Assembly: GCA_965218795.1 (NCBI GenBank)
Contig: OZ244653.1
Span: 2,016,001-2,080,000, forward strand
DNA from: a bacterium
GTDB lineage: Bacteria; UBA8248; JACPRG01; G963555815
Length of the DNA stretch: 64,000 nt
Direction: 5' to 3'
In this document: positions 29,569 to 39,487 of the stretch, in pieces
Position numbering within the stretch: position 1 is the first letter of the stretch
Layout: each line of letters opens with the position of its first letter
Translations under genes and position numbers: made by a program
The notes under the pieces: model-generated
What the model was told of the DNA's origin: nothing
The model's input: only the letters and a program-made list of their open reading frames with translations
Databases searched by the model: none

Positions 29569-30132
29569 ATGTTTCGATCCGTTCGACTGGTTCTTTATGC
29601 ATTTACGCTGCCCGGATCGCCCCAAGCACCGGAAGCCTCGATTGACGTGGATATGATCCGGGTCAAGAAGGGAGACCCGGCGGCGCATCAGGTCGCCGAA
29701 GCCCTCAATCCCGACCTTGTCCATCGGCGCCTGAACCGCGGCGAAATCTGTTTTGCGGCGATTCATGAGGGGAAAATCGTTTCCTATTGCTGGCTGGCCC
29801 AAGGGAAGGTCGGTATCGAGGAGATCGACATGGCGGTCTTCACTTTATCGGACGAAGTCTATTTGTATGACGCCTTCACCTTCTCTCCTTGGCGGGGAAA
29901 GGGTCTGTATCCGGTGGTCTTGAAAGAAATGCTGTCATATGCAGAAATCAATGGGTTCTCCCGGGCACTCATCTTCGTGGCCGCAAACAATACGGCATCC
30001 CGACGGGGTGTCATGAAGGCGGGATTCCAGGAGTTTCAGGTCGTCAGGTACCTGTCAATTCTTGGGATTCCACTCTACCGGTATTCGGAACCCTTGTACG
30101 ATCAGCGACCCCCGGTCTTCAACCCGCTCTAG
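29569..30132 (+). CDS. GNAT N-acetyltransferase
   Basis: YLYDAFTFSPWRGKGLY, NNTASRRGVMKAGF. Confidence 0.85.
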   Translation: MFRSVRLVLYAFTLPGSPQAPEASIDVDMIRVKKGDPAAHQVAEALNPDLVHRRLNRGEICFAAIHEGKIVSYCWLAQGKVGIEEIDMAVFTLSDEVYLYDAFTFSPWRGKGLYPVVLKEMLSYAEINGFSRALIFVAANNTASRRGVMKAGFQEFQVVRYLSILGIPLYRYSEPLYDQRPPVFNPL

Positions 30133-30263
30133 GCAGGCCCGCTGAATGGTTCTCTTTGACATTCGGCCCCTGGTCCCCTAGATTAATGCATGTTTGATTG
30201 AAGTTGCCGGAATGTCGGATTCCGCATTGCCCCCAAACATGAATTCATTGAACCGGATATCAG

Positions 30264-31274
30264 ATGGGAACGGATTGTGTGAAAATCGACGCCTATTCCG
30301 ACGCCTCCGTATTTGATTCGCTTGGTACGGAATGGACGGACCTTCTGGCCAAGAGCACTCCGCGCTCGTTCTTCCTGACGCCGCAGTGGCAGAGGTTGTG
30401 GTGGGATCATTTCTCGGGTAATCGCCGCATTCGAATTTTCGCCGTGAGATCGGGTGACGACGAAATGCTCGGGCTTTGCACGCTGAGCGAAGTGGACGGG
30501 CGCGCGGAGTTTCTTGGAGGCAAGGACCTCTGCGATCACCTGGATATTCTCTCCCTGCCGGGACATGAGGAAACGGTGGCGAGTGGTGTTTTGATGGAGA
30601 TTCGGGAGCATATTCAAGAACTGCGGGAACTCAATCTGAATTTTGTTCCCGAGGATTCCCGCATGATCCAGCCGCTGCAAGCCGTGTCGAAGGACCTGGG
30701 CTGGGAAATCTCGATGGAAGCGGAGGAAACATCCCCCTATATTCCGTTGCCGGAAAGCTGGGACGAATATCTGGCATCGCTGCGCGGAAAGGACCGGCAT
30801 GAATTGCGCAGAAAAATGCGCCGCGCGGAGACCCATGCGCCGCTGACGGTTCGAAAATCGACGAAGGACTCCCTGGAGAAGGACATCGAGATCTTCATGG
30901 AACTTCACGCCATGAGCGCACCCGAGAAGTCTGACTTCATGGATCAGGAGATGAAAGAATTCTTTCGCCGGATCGCCTTCACCACGATGGCCGAAGGCTG
31001 GCTCCAGCTTTCATTCTTGGAATTCGACGGCGCGTCGGCCGCAGGGCTCCTTTGTTTTGATTACGATCAGACGCTGCTGATCTATAACTCGGGTTACGAT
31101 GCCACCCTCTCTTCGGCGAATCCGGGAATTGCGCTTTTCGGCTACACCATCCGGGACGCCATCGAGGATGGTCGCCGCACAGTGGACTTCTTGAGGGGAA
31201 ATGAAACCTACAAATTTCGTCTCGGCGGGCAGGACCGCCCCCTTTACCATATGAAACTCTGTCCGAAAACCTGA
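30264..31274 (+). CDS. CelD/BcsL-like GNAT (Acetyltransf_6)
   Basis: FLTPQWQRLWW, LPESWDEYLASL, YNSGYD, DFLRGNETYKFRLG. Confidence 0.88.
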   Translation: MGTDCVKIDAYSDASVFDSLGTEWTDLLAKSTPRSFFLTPQWQRLWWDHFSGNRRIRIFAVRSGDDEMLGLCTLSEVDGRAEFLGGKDLCDHLDILSLPGHEETVASGVLMEIREHIQELRELNLNFVPEDSRMIQPLQAVSKDLGWEISMEAEETSPYIPLPESWDEYLASLRGKDRHELRRKMRRAETHAPLTVRKSTKDSLEKDIEIFMELHAMSAPEKSDFMDQEMKEFFRRIAFTTMAEGWLQLSFLEFDGASAAGLLCFDYDQTLLIYNSGYDATLSSANPGIALFGYTIRDAIEDGRRTVDFLRGNETYKFRLGGQDRPLYHMKLCPKT

Positions 31275-32635
31275 TGAGCGCGCGCGTCTTCCCCTCCCCG
31301 AACGGACCCCCTCACCGCATCGCCATGCTGAGTCTCCACTCTTCGCCCCTGGCGGAGCTCGGGGGAGAAATTGCGGGGGGAATGAACGTGTTTCTCCGAG
31401 AGGTGACCCGGGAGCTCCATAAGCTGGGAGTAGAACTCGATATCTTCACTCGCAGAGACGATCCGGATCAGCCCCCGATCACAGACCTCTCCAAAGGAAT
31501 TCGCCTCATTCAGCTGTCGGCGGGCCCGCCGACCTCTCGATCGAGGGATCAGCTTTCCAGCTACATTCCGGAAATGACCGAATCGCTGAATGAATGGCCT
31601 GCCGACCGATATGACCTCATCCACGCTCATTACTGGATTTCCGGGGTCGTCGGCCGCAGTTGGAACGGTGGGAAACGGCCTCCATTCGTCCAGATGTTCC
31701 ACACGATGGAGCGGACCAAGCGCCGTCTTCTGGGAGATGCCCACAAAGAGAATCGCCGGCGGAGCAGTGAGGAATATGCGCTGGGCCGATCGGCAACGGC
31801 GTTGACCGTCGGAAGCCCGCGGGATAGGGACAGCTTGATCAGTGATTATGGAATTCCGCCGGAGAAAATTCACATTGTGCCCGGAGGGGTCAACGCTGAG
31901 ATATTCTTTCCCCGGGACCAATCGGCTGCGCGGAGCCGCGTCGGATTGCCCGAAGGCCGTGTCATTTTATCCGTGGGCCGAATCGAGCCGGTGAAAGGCT
32001 TGGAAACGCTGATCCGGGCTCTGGCGATCCTCCGACGCCAAGAAGGCGACCATTGCAGATGGAGACTCGTCATCATCGGTGGTGACGCGGAACCTCGTCA
32101 GAAAGGAAACGGAACCCCCTCCGGGGAGGGTCCGCCGGTCGCGTGCGGGGAAACCAATGGATACAGGGCGGAAATCGTCCGCCTGATCCATGAGCTCGGC
32201 ATGGAAGACCGGGTTTCATTCCTCGGGTCCAAGCCGCAGGACATTCTGGCTGATTATTATGCGGCCGCCGACTGTTGTGTATTCCCATCGGTTTATGAAA
32301 CATTCGGCCTGGCCGTCATTGAGGCTTTGTCCTGCGGCAGCATGGTTGTGGCTTCCAATGTCGGAGGATACCCCCAGATTCTGGCTCAAGAGAATGCCGG
32401 TCTCCTGGTTCCTCCAGGGGATTCCGGAGCTTTGGCGAGAGCGCTGGATCGAGTTTGCGCCAATCCCACGCTCAGGGAAGAATTGAGAAAGCGGGCGCCC
32501 GCAGTCGGACAGCAATTCAACTGGAGCGATACGGCCGTGAAGCTGATGAAGGTTTACCGCTCTGTTCTTTCCTTTGACCCGGAGTGGGAGGACCTTTCTG
32601 AGACACGCGGCGGGAGGATCGCTCTACGTGGCTGA
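31274..32635 (+). CDS. GT4 glycosyltransferase, MshA-like
   Basis: HSSPL...AGGMNV, HAHYWISG, MFHT, VGRIEPVKG, PSVYETFGLAVIEA. Confidence 0.88.
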   Translation: MSARVFPSPNGPPHRIAMLSLHSSPLAELGGEIAGGMNVFLREVTRELHKLGVELDIFTRRDDPDQPPITDLSKGIRLIQLSAGPPTSRSRDQLSSYIPEMTESLNEWPADRYDLIHAHYWISGVVGRSWNGGKRPPFVQMFHTMERTKRRLLGDAHKENRRRSSEEYALGRSATALTVGSPRDRDSLISDYGIPPEKIHIVPGGVNAEIFFPRDQSAARSRVGLPEGRVILSVGRIEPVKGLETLIRALAILRRQEGDHCRWRLVIIGGDAEPRQKGNGTPSGEGPPVACGETNGYRAEIVRLIHELGMEDRVSFLGSKPQDILADYYAAADCCVFPSVYETFGLAVIEALSCGSMVVASNVGGYPQILAQENAGLLVPPGDSGALARALDRVCANPTLREELRKRAPAVGQQFNWSDTAVKLMKVYRSVLSFDPEWEDLSETRGGRIALRG

Positions 32636-33311
32636 ATGGCAGAAGATTTTGGTGATTGTAGCCCACCCGGACGATGCCGAGCTGGGGAGCGGGGGAAGCA
32701 TCGCCCGCTGGATCAAAGAAGGCTCGACGGTGGATTATGTCATTGGCACAAACGGCAATAAGGGGACCAAAGACGAAACCCTTTCCCCGCACGAGCTGGC
32801 GGATGTACGGGAAGCCGAGCAGCAGGCGGCGGCCGATCGAATCGGCGTCAACAAGGTTCACTTCCTCCGGTATAACGACGGCGAGCTTCGATCGGACGAA
32901 GGGCTCATCATCCAACTGGCCATCCTCATTCGTCATTTTCAGCCCAATGCCGTTGTGACGCATGATCCATGGCGGCACTACAACCTGCATCCCGATCACC
33001 GGGCGCTGGGCATCGCAGTGACGGACGCCATCGTGGCCGCACGCGACCATCTCTTCCTTCCCGCGCTGTCCGTCATCGGGCTCGAACCCCATCACACTCC
33101 CAACGCCCTCTTCGCCCGGGCCGAGAATCCCAATTTCTTCGTGGACATCACGGAGACCCTGGATGACAAGATTGAATCGACGGCGCTGCACAAGTCTCAG
33201 ATGACCCATGTCAATGGATGGCGGGACCGGATACGGAAGCAGGCGGAAGAAATGGGGCGGGAAAGCGACCATCAATTCGCGGAAGGGTTCCATCTGCTTC
33301 ATATGAGGTAA
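32628..33311 (+). CDS. PIG-L/LmbE family deacetylase (MshB/BshB-like)
   Basis: AHPDDAE, R..EQ, HPDH, HKSQ; GGAGG RBS before GTG 32628. Confidence 0.9.
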   Translation: MAEWQKILVIVAHPDDAELGSGGSIARWIKEGSTVDYVIGTNGNKGTKDETLSPHELADVREAEQQAAADRIGVNKVHFLRYNDGELRSDEGLIIQLAILIRHFQPNAVVTHDPWRHYNLHPDHRALGIAVTDAIVAARDHLFLPALSVIGLEPHHTPNALFARAENPNFFVDITETLDDKIESTALHKSQMTHVNGWRDRIRKQAEEMGRESDHQFAEGFHLLHMR

Positions 33312-33417
33312 CGGCTCACGGTCGCGCCGGGATAGACCGTCCTTATGGTAGCCCCCCTCGAAACCGGCGGTCTCCGGCGGTCTCCCGAGATCCGATTCGG
33401 ACGGAGCGTGGAAAGAC

Positions 33418-34467
33418 ATGCCCGGGGTCGGAATCACCGAAATTATCGTCCTATTGATTGTCGCGGCGCTGGCCTTCGACCCCAAATGGCTGGCTTGCGC
33501 GCAAAGAAGGGTCAGAAGGGACTGGAGGAAAATCCAAGAGGCCTTTCCGGCCCTTGCGGTCGGAGGCACGGATTCCGCCGATTTCGTTCTGTCGAGTCCT
33601 GTCGCGACTCCGGTCCCCGACATTCACGAGACGATTTTCGATCCCTCCCGCCGGCCGCTGGCATGCGCGGGGAATCCGCTGTCGAATCGACCCCATGATC
33701 ACACTCGGCGGTGGATGAGCCCCGGCCCGCCACCTCCTCCATCCGGAAACGGACCGGCCGACTCCGCACCTGAACATCGCGACGGGCCCTCAGACCTTTC
33801 AGTCAAAATGCGGTGGAATGAGTTCTTGAGGTATCTCAAGGACGACATCCTGTATGCGTCCAAAGCACCAGGCCGCTGGAAATCGCAGGATTGGCTGACC
33901 CGCGGCGGAGTCGCGGGGGGTATCGCCGCCTTGTCGTCTCTGGATGAACGCACCCGCGGGACGACCCGCGCCAATCAGTTCGATCGGGCCGGAATCTTCC
34001 GAACCTACGTCCAACCCTTTGGACGAAGCCAAACCCAACTGGCCGTCATCGCCGCCTTTCTGGCCGCCGGTAGAATGAAAGACAAATCCGAATGGATGGA
34101 TACGGGATTTCTGTGTCTCGAGGCCCTCGTATTGACGGGATGCACGGTCCTTCCCCTCAAGGTCATGCTCGGACGCAAACGTCCGCGGGATACCGCAAAC
34201 GCCTTCCATTTCGATTTATTCAGCTTCAAAAACAGCTCGTTCCCCTCCGGCGATACCACGTCCGCCTTTGCGATGGCCACTGTGATTGCGGGACGATTCC
34301 GCGCGCCTTGGGTCCGGTGGGTCGTCTATACGCTGGGTGGTCTTGTCGCAGCGGCTCGAATCTACCGGAGCCGTCACTGGCTCAGCGACACATTGGCGGG
34401 CATCGCTTTCGGCCAGACGATCGGGAAATATACGCTGATCCGGCACGGGGAGCGGATGGCTGAGTGA
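33418..34467 (+). CDS. PAP2 phosphatase-family protein with a TatA/B-like N-terminus
   Basis: KVMLGRKRP, SFPSGD, ARIYRSRHWLSD; first 40 aa resemble TatA. Confidence 0.78.
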   Translation: MPGVGITEIIVLLIVAALAFDPKWLACAQRRVRRDWRKIQEAFPALAVGGTDSADFVLSSPVATPVPDIHETIFDPSRRPLACAGNPLSNRPHDHTRRWMSPGPPPPPSGNGPADSAPEHRDGPSDLSVKMRWNEFLRYLKDDILYASKAPGRWKSQDWLTRGGVAGGIAALSSLDERTRGTTRANQFDRAGIFRTYVQPFGRSQTQLAVIAAFLAAGRMKDKSEWMDTGFLCLEALVLTGCTVLPLKVMLGRKRPRDTANAFHFDLFSFKNSSFPSGDTTSAFAMATVIAGRFRAPWVRWVVYTLGGLVAAARIYRSRHWLSDTLAGIAFGQTIGKYTLIRHGERMAE

Positions 34468-34729
34468 ACGGCCCCGAACCGGATGAATCCCGAAACTATT
34501 TAACGTAATCATTACGAAAGCAATCATAATTGCCTGTAGCTTTTCCGTCAAATCGCGTCGGCAGTAATCCACGACCCGGCTATTCAAGGCGTCCCTTGCG
34601 CGGATACAAGGTTTGCAATAAATTGAGTAGCTTTGTAAGGTCTACCTTTCAGATTCATTGGGGGATTCGGCGCAAAACCGAAGCGGAACGTCAGCGTTGA
34701 CTCCCAATCCATAAAGGAAAACGACCAAA

Positions 34730-35221
34730 ATGTTCGGTATCGGCATGACCGAGGTTATCGTCATTTTGGTGATTGCCCTCCTCGTTATCGGTCCCAAAAA
34801 ACTGCCGGACGTCGCCCGGAGCATCGGGAAAGGCTTGCGTGAATTCCGCAGGGCCACGACCGATTTAAAAGAAGAGTTCCAGGGAGAAGGACTGGAAGAC
34901 CTGGACTTTGACGAGTCCGTCCCGGTCGACGATGATCAAAAGGGGAATGATAAGAAGGCGGAGGGCGCATCGGAAATGGAATCCGACCCACCGGAGGGCG
35001 GGGAACCTTCAGAGAATCAGATATTGCCGCCGGATGCTGCCCCTGAATCGGAATCCTCTCTAGACCGCGAAGCCGAATCATCCCCCGTCACGGCCGAGGC
35101 CTCTCCCGGGGGTTCCGACGCCATCACACCAGGAGACGCCTCCGAGGGCCAGGACCAGCTCAAGAGCGGCCCAAAGGAACCCTCCGTATCGGGGCCGGGG
35201 ACTTCCGCCGAACATGGCTGA
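34730..35221 (+). CDS. tatB: Twin-arginine translocase subunit TatB/TatA
   Basis: MFGIGMTE...[23 protein letters not shown], acidic tail, directly upstream of tatC. Confidence 0.88.
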   Translation: MFGIGMTEVIVILVIALLVIGPKKLPDVARSIGKGLREFRRATTDLKEEFQGEGLEDLDFDESVPVDDDQKGNDKKAEGASEMESDPPEGGEPSENQILPPDAAPESESSLDREAESSPVTAEASPGGSDAITPGDASEGQDQLKSGPKEPSVSGPGTSAEHG

Positions 35222-35957
35222 TGATGGCAAGAGGATGTCCCTGACGGGGCATCTGACCGATCTTCGCAAGGGCCTCGTCATCACCCTGATTGGAATCGCG
35301 GTCGGTTTCCTGGCCGCATGGAATTTTACGGACCCCATCCTGGAATTCCTACAGTCCCCGATCCGTCCGATACAGGCCAAGCTGCTGATCATCGCCCCGA
35401 CGGAAGCTTTCTTCACACAATTGAAGGTCTCGTTCATTTGCGGCGTCTTTCTCTCATTGCCCCTCACGCTGCATCAGATTTGGAGATTCGTCTCTCCGGG
35501 GCTTCACAAATCCGAACGGGGCCTGGCGTTTCCCTTTGTCATCCTTTCGACCCTCTGCTTTCTGATCGGCGCAACGTTCGCCTTCTACGTCGTCATGCCC
35601 CTTGGAATTCAATTTCTCGTTGGTTACGCCGGCGCCGCGTATCAGCCCAGCATCACGGTCGGAAATTACGTCTCCTTCACCATCAGGATGCTTTTGGTAT
35701 TCGGGCTGGTCTTCGAGATGCCCCTGGCTTCCTTCCTGATGACCCGCTTCGGGTTCCTGACCCCTAAGGTTCTCCGAAAAAATCGTCGCTATGCCATCGT
35801 TCTGATGTTCGGGGCGGCGGCGCTCCTCACCCCCCCGGATGTCTTCACGCAAGTCCTCATGGCCGGCCCGCTCATTGTTCTCTATGAGGTAAGCATCGGT
35901 ACGTCCAAGTTGGCGATGAAGCGGCGGCAGTTGCGGGAGACCGCCAATGAATCCTGA
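35214..35957 (+). CDS. tatC: Twin-arginine translocase subunit TatC
   Basis: [29 protein letters not shown]. Confidence 0.95.
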   Translation: MADDGKRMSLTGHLTDLRKGLVITLIGIAVGFLAAWNFTDPILEFLQSPIRPIQAKLLIIAPTEAFFTQLKVSFICGVFLSLPLTLHQIWRFVSPGLHKSERGLAFPFVILSTLCFLIGATFAFYVVMPLGIQFLVGYAGAAYQPSITVGNYVSFTIRMLLVFGLVFEMPLASFLMTRFGFLTPKVLRKNRRYAIVLMFGAAALLTPPDVFTQVLMAGPLIVLYEVSIGTSKLAMKRRQLRETANES

Positions 35958-36702
35958 TGGGAAAGATGCAGCCGACCGGCTCATCGTCGCCCTGGATCAC
36001 CCCGATCTGCGGGACGCGGAGCGGCTGATGGACCGCCTTACAGGCGCGGTGGGGCTGTTCAAGATCGGGAGCGCCCTCTTTACACGATACGGGCCTTCGG
36101 CAATCGAGGCGGTCCAGCGTCGGGGAGGGAAGGTGTTCCTCGACCTCAAGTTCCATGACATACCCCAGACGGTCGGATTGGCTGCCGGCCAAGCGGCCGA
36201 AATGGGGGTCTTCATGTTCAACGTCCACGCCTCGGGCGGACCCTCCGTACTACGCGCGGCGGTGGAAGCGGTCTCCGATTCGGCCAAGCCTCCGATTCTC
36301 ATCGCCGTCACGGTTCTGACCAGCCTCGATGCGGGTGACTTGCACGCCGTCGGCTTTCGGGAGACCGCCGAGCAGTTGGTCATTCGTCTGGCGAGATTGA
36401 CGCGGGATTCCGGGCTGGATGGTGTCGTTGCCTCGCCTCGCGAGGTACGGGCCATCCGTGAAACCTGCGGAGATGATTTCTGCATCGTGACCCCCGGGGT
36501 CCGGCCGGCCGGGGCCGAGCGCTCTGCCCCGACGGACCAAAAGCGCATCGCCACGCCGGAAGACGCACTCGCCGAGGGGTCGGATTACCTGGTCGTAGGG
36601 CGCCCAATCAGCGGGGCGGACGACCCGGCTGCGGCGGCCGAATCGATCCTGGAGGAAATGACGCGCGGGATGCGCCGGCGGGGAACTTCGGGGAATCCGT
36701 AA
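35947..36702 (+). CDS. pyrF: Orotidine-5'-phosphate decarboxylase
   Basis: [39 protein letters not shown]. Confidence 0.96.
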   Translation: MNPDGKDAADRLIVALDHPDLRDAERLMDRLTGAVGLFKIGSALFTRYGPSAIEAVQRRGGKVFLDLKFHDIPQTVGLAAGQAAEMGVFMFNVHASGGPSVLRAAVEAVSDSAKPPILIAVTVLTSLDAGDLHAVGFRETAEQLVIRLARLTRDSGLDGVVASPREVRAIRETCGDDFCIVTPGVRPAGAERSAPTDQKRIATPEDALAEGSDYLVVGRPISGADDPAAAAESILEEMTRGMRRRGTSGNP

Positions 36703-36983
36703 TGTCCAAACCGCCAAGGGCGCGCGTGGTCATCCGCGGGCGTGTCCAGGGCGTCGGGTTCCGGTGGACCGCTGCTCGCGAGGCAACACGGCTGGGACTC
36801 TCCGGGTGGGTCAGAAACCGGCGGGACGGGGCCGTCGAGGCATTGGCGGAAGGAGAGGACCTGGAGATTTTTATCCAGTGGTGCGGGAAGGGACCGATGA
36901 CGGCTCGGGTCGAGGACGTCGAGGTTTATCCGGAAGAAAATGGTGAGCCTCTGGATGAGTTTACCATCCGGGCGGATCATTGA
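36702..36983 (+). CDS. acyP: Acylphosphatase
   Basis: [19 protein letters not shown]. Confidence 0.93.
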   Translation: MSKPPRARVVIRGRVQGVGFRWTAAREATRLGLSGWVRNRRDGAVEALAEGEDLEIFIQWCGKGPMTARVEDVEVYPEENGEPLDEFTIRADH

Positions 36984-37108
36984 TTTTCACCCGACCTGAC
37001 AGCAGGGGCGGCCCTCGGTGATTCGAATGGACCATCCGGCAGCGATTCACAAGCCTATCCTTCCCACGTCCGTTCAGACGTCAATCATCGGCCACCTCCT
37101 GTCCCAGG

Positions 37109-37708
37109 ATGGGGAACATGGGCGAGTTCAAGGAATCTCAGCCTGGCAAACGTTTTGTCGGATGCATTCTCCGGAAATCCGACGATCCGACAGAAGCCCT
37201 GGCGACCCTCGCCGGCGAATACGGACCCGTTGACTGCACGAGCGACGCCCTGCCCTTCACCTCCACGGACTATTACTCCAAAGAGATGGGATCACCGCTG
37301 GTGCGCCAATTTTTCTCCTTCAAGCCGCTTGCCCCGGCCGACGCGCTGGTCGAGATGAGGCATTTCACCCAGGGCCTCGAAGAGGAGTTCGGTATCGGAG
37401 GGAACCGGCGATTCAACCTGGATCCGGGCCTTCTCTTTGCGGACCAGGTGGTGATTGCCACAACGAAAAATCACGCCCACAAGATCTATCTGGGGCGCGG
37501 GGTCTACGGAGACCTGACCTACCTTTTCCGGGAGAGGGCGTATCACCCGCTGCCGTGGACCTTCCCGGATCTCCGTTTGGACAACCGCCTCGACTTTTTC
37601 AGGAAAGTGCGTGAAATCCACATGAGTCAACGCCGGGGAACAACGGGACCGCGAGGGGAACAGGCGGTTGAAAGGTATGGGAAAACCCGCCAAACAGGAA
37701 TCACTTGA
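37109..37708 (+). CDS. DUF4416 family protein
   Basis: TDYYSKEMG, RRFNLDPG, ATTKNHAHKIYL, LPWTFPD. Confidence 0.85.
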   Translation: MGNMGEFKESQPGKRFVGCILRKSDDPTEALATLAGEYGPVDCTSDALPFTSTDYYSKEMGSPLVRQFFSFKPLAPADALVEMRHFTQGLEEEFGIGGNRRFNLDPGLLFADQVVIATTKNHAHKIYLGRGVYGDLTYLFRERAYHPLPWTFPDLRLDNRLDFFRKVREIHMSQRRGTTGPRGEQAVERYGKTRQTGIT

Positions 37709-38126
37709 CGACGATGGACCCGAAGATTCCCTGCCTCCGAAAAAAATCCCCCTTCACGCCGGAAACGAAGTACCGGTAGGTTCCTGGCGTGAGAAAGGAG
37801 ATCGAGGCCACGGCGCCCGGCGCAAATGCGTTGGAGGTGAATGTCCCGTCCGGGGCCATGAAAAACCGTGTGGACGACTGAGAAGCAGCGGCTGTGTCTT
37901 CCCCTTCTGAAAAAACGACCGTCACAAAGGTCCGCGTGGAATTCAGCCAGATGACCGTCGAGCCGGGCTTGATCTGAATGGCGCTGGGAAGGATTCCCTT
38001 AGGATCCAGACGAATGATCTGTGGAACGCCAAATCCAGGCATGGCATCCTGGGAGAGAGCCAATCCGGGAGAGAGCGCGGTCCAAAGGATACACACGGGC
38101 AAAAGCTTTCGAAAGTTCCGTTTCAT
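37701..38126 (-). CDS. Exported cupredoxin-fold protein
   Basis: Signal peptide, PSAIQIKPGSTVIWLN, SFLTPGTYRYF, GSIVVK. Confidence 0.7.
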   Translation of the reverse strand: MKRNFRKLLPVCILWTALSPGLALSQDAMPGFGVPQIIRLDPKGILPSAIQIKPGSTVIWLNSTRTFVTVVFSEGEDTAAASQSSTRFFMAPDGTFTSNAFAPGAVASISFLTPGTYRYFVSGVKGDFFRRQGIFGSIVVK

Positions 38127-38196
38127 CCGCAGCCTTTCCAAATCGAGCCACCGCATACTTGCGGCGAAGCCGGAAGTCAGGCGCCTCACCCGCGGC

Positions 38197-39486
38197 CTAC
38201 CAGGGGCGATGATGCCAGATCTCTTCACCGCGGTCGGGACCCGTTGAAACCACGTCCAATCGGACCCCCAAACGCTCAACAATGAAATCCAGATAACGAC
38301 GGGACTCCCGGGGAAGGTCCTCCGTCCGCCGGGCGCTCCGAGTGTCCGCGGCCCAACCCGGCATTCGCTCATATTCGGCCTGCAGGGAGCCCAGCCAAGA
38401 CGGGTTCTCGGGCCATTCGGACCTCCGTTGGCCCTTCACCCGATACTCCGTACAAACCCTCAGCTCCTCCAACCCATCCAGCACGTCCAGCTTCGTGACG
38501 GCCAGACCCGTTGCGCCGTTGACCCGAACCGCATAGGCAAGGGATACGAGGTCCAGCCAACCGCACCGTCTCGGCCGACCGGTCGTCGCACCGAATTCGC
38601 GGCCCCTCTCCCTCAGGCGCTCCCCGACCGAATCCGTCAACTCCGTCGGAAAAGGGCCTCCCCCCACCCGGGTGGAATAAGCCTTGACCACCGCCAACAC
38701 CTGCTGAATTCGGCCGGGGGCGAGACCCAGTCCGGTGCAGGCGCCGCCGGCAATCGTATTCGAAGAAGTGACGAAAGGATAGGTTCCGTGGTCCACGTCC
38801 AGCAAGGCCCCCTGCGCGCCCTCCAGCAAAATCCGGGCGTTGCGTCCCAAAGCCGCAGCCAGCTCCGATTCGACGTCCGCAATATAGAGGCGCAGCCGTT
38901 TCCCCAGCGCGCGGTAGGTATCCAAAAGGCGGGCGGGCTCCAGGTCCCCTGCATGGTCCGGCAATTGTTCCGCAATATGTGCCTTGAGACGGGTGGACAA
39001 CTCCAGTTTTTCGGAAAGCAGGTCGGGATCCAGCAGATCGAAAATCCGTATACCGATACGGGATATCCTGTCCGCATAGGCCGGCCCGATACCGCGCCGG
39101 GTGGTCCCGATCGACTGCTTCCCCCGGGCCGATTCCATCCAGGCTTCCTCGGCGCGATGGTAGGGGAATATCACGTGCGCTTTCCCGCTGATGCCCAATC
39201 GCCGCTCAACGTCGGTCCCCGAACCGTGAAGGGAATCGATCTCCTTCAATAATTCCTCCGGATCGACGACAACTCCGGGTCCGATGAGACACCGCACGTC
39301 CTCATGGAGAATTCCAGAGGGGATAAGATGGAACACCACCGGCTCGCCGTCTATGGATATTGTATGACCTGCATTGGCCCCCCCTTGAAATCGGAGGACC
39401 ATGTCGGCCCCTTCCGACAGCCGATCGATGATCTTTCCCTTTCCCTCATCACCCCATTGGGCGCCGATAACCGCCAGTGTCGGCAT
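38197..39486 (-). CDS. purA: Adenylosuccinate synthetase
   Basis: GAQWGDEGKGK, GGANAGHT, GTTRRGIGPAY, GATTGRPRRCGW. Confidence 0.97.
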   Translation of the reverse strand: MPTLAVIGAQWGDEGKGKIIDRLSEGADMVLRFQGGANAGHTISIDGEPVVFHLIPSGILHEDVRCLIGPGVVVDPEELLKEIDSLHGSGTDVERRLGISGKAHVIFPYHRAEEAWMESARGKQSIGTTRRGIGPAYADRISRIGIRIFDLLDPDLLSEKLELSTRLKAHIAEQLPDHAGDLEPARLLDTYRALGKRLRLYIADVESELAAALGRNARILLEGAQGALLDVDHGTYPFVTSSNTIAGGACTGLGLAPGRIQQVLAVVKAYSTRVGGGPFPTELTDSVGERLRERGREFGATTGRPRRCGWLDLVSLAYAVRVNGATGLAVTKLDVLDGLEELRVCTEYRVKGQRRSEWPENPSWLGSLQAEYERMPGWAADTRSARRTEDLPRESRRYLDFIVERLGVRLDVVSTGPDRGEEIWHHRPW

Positions 39487-39487
39487 T

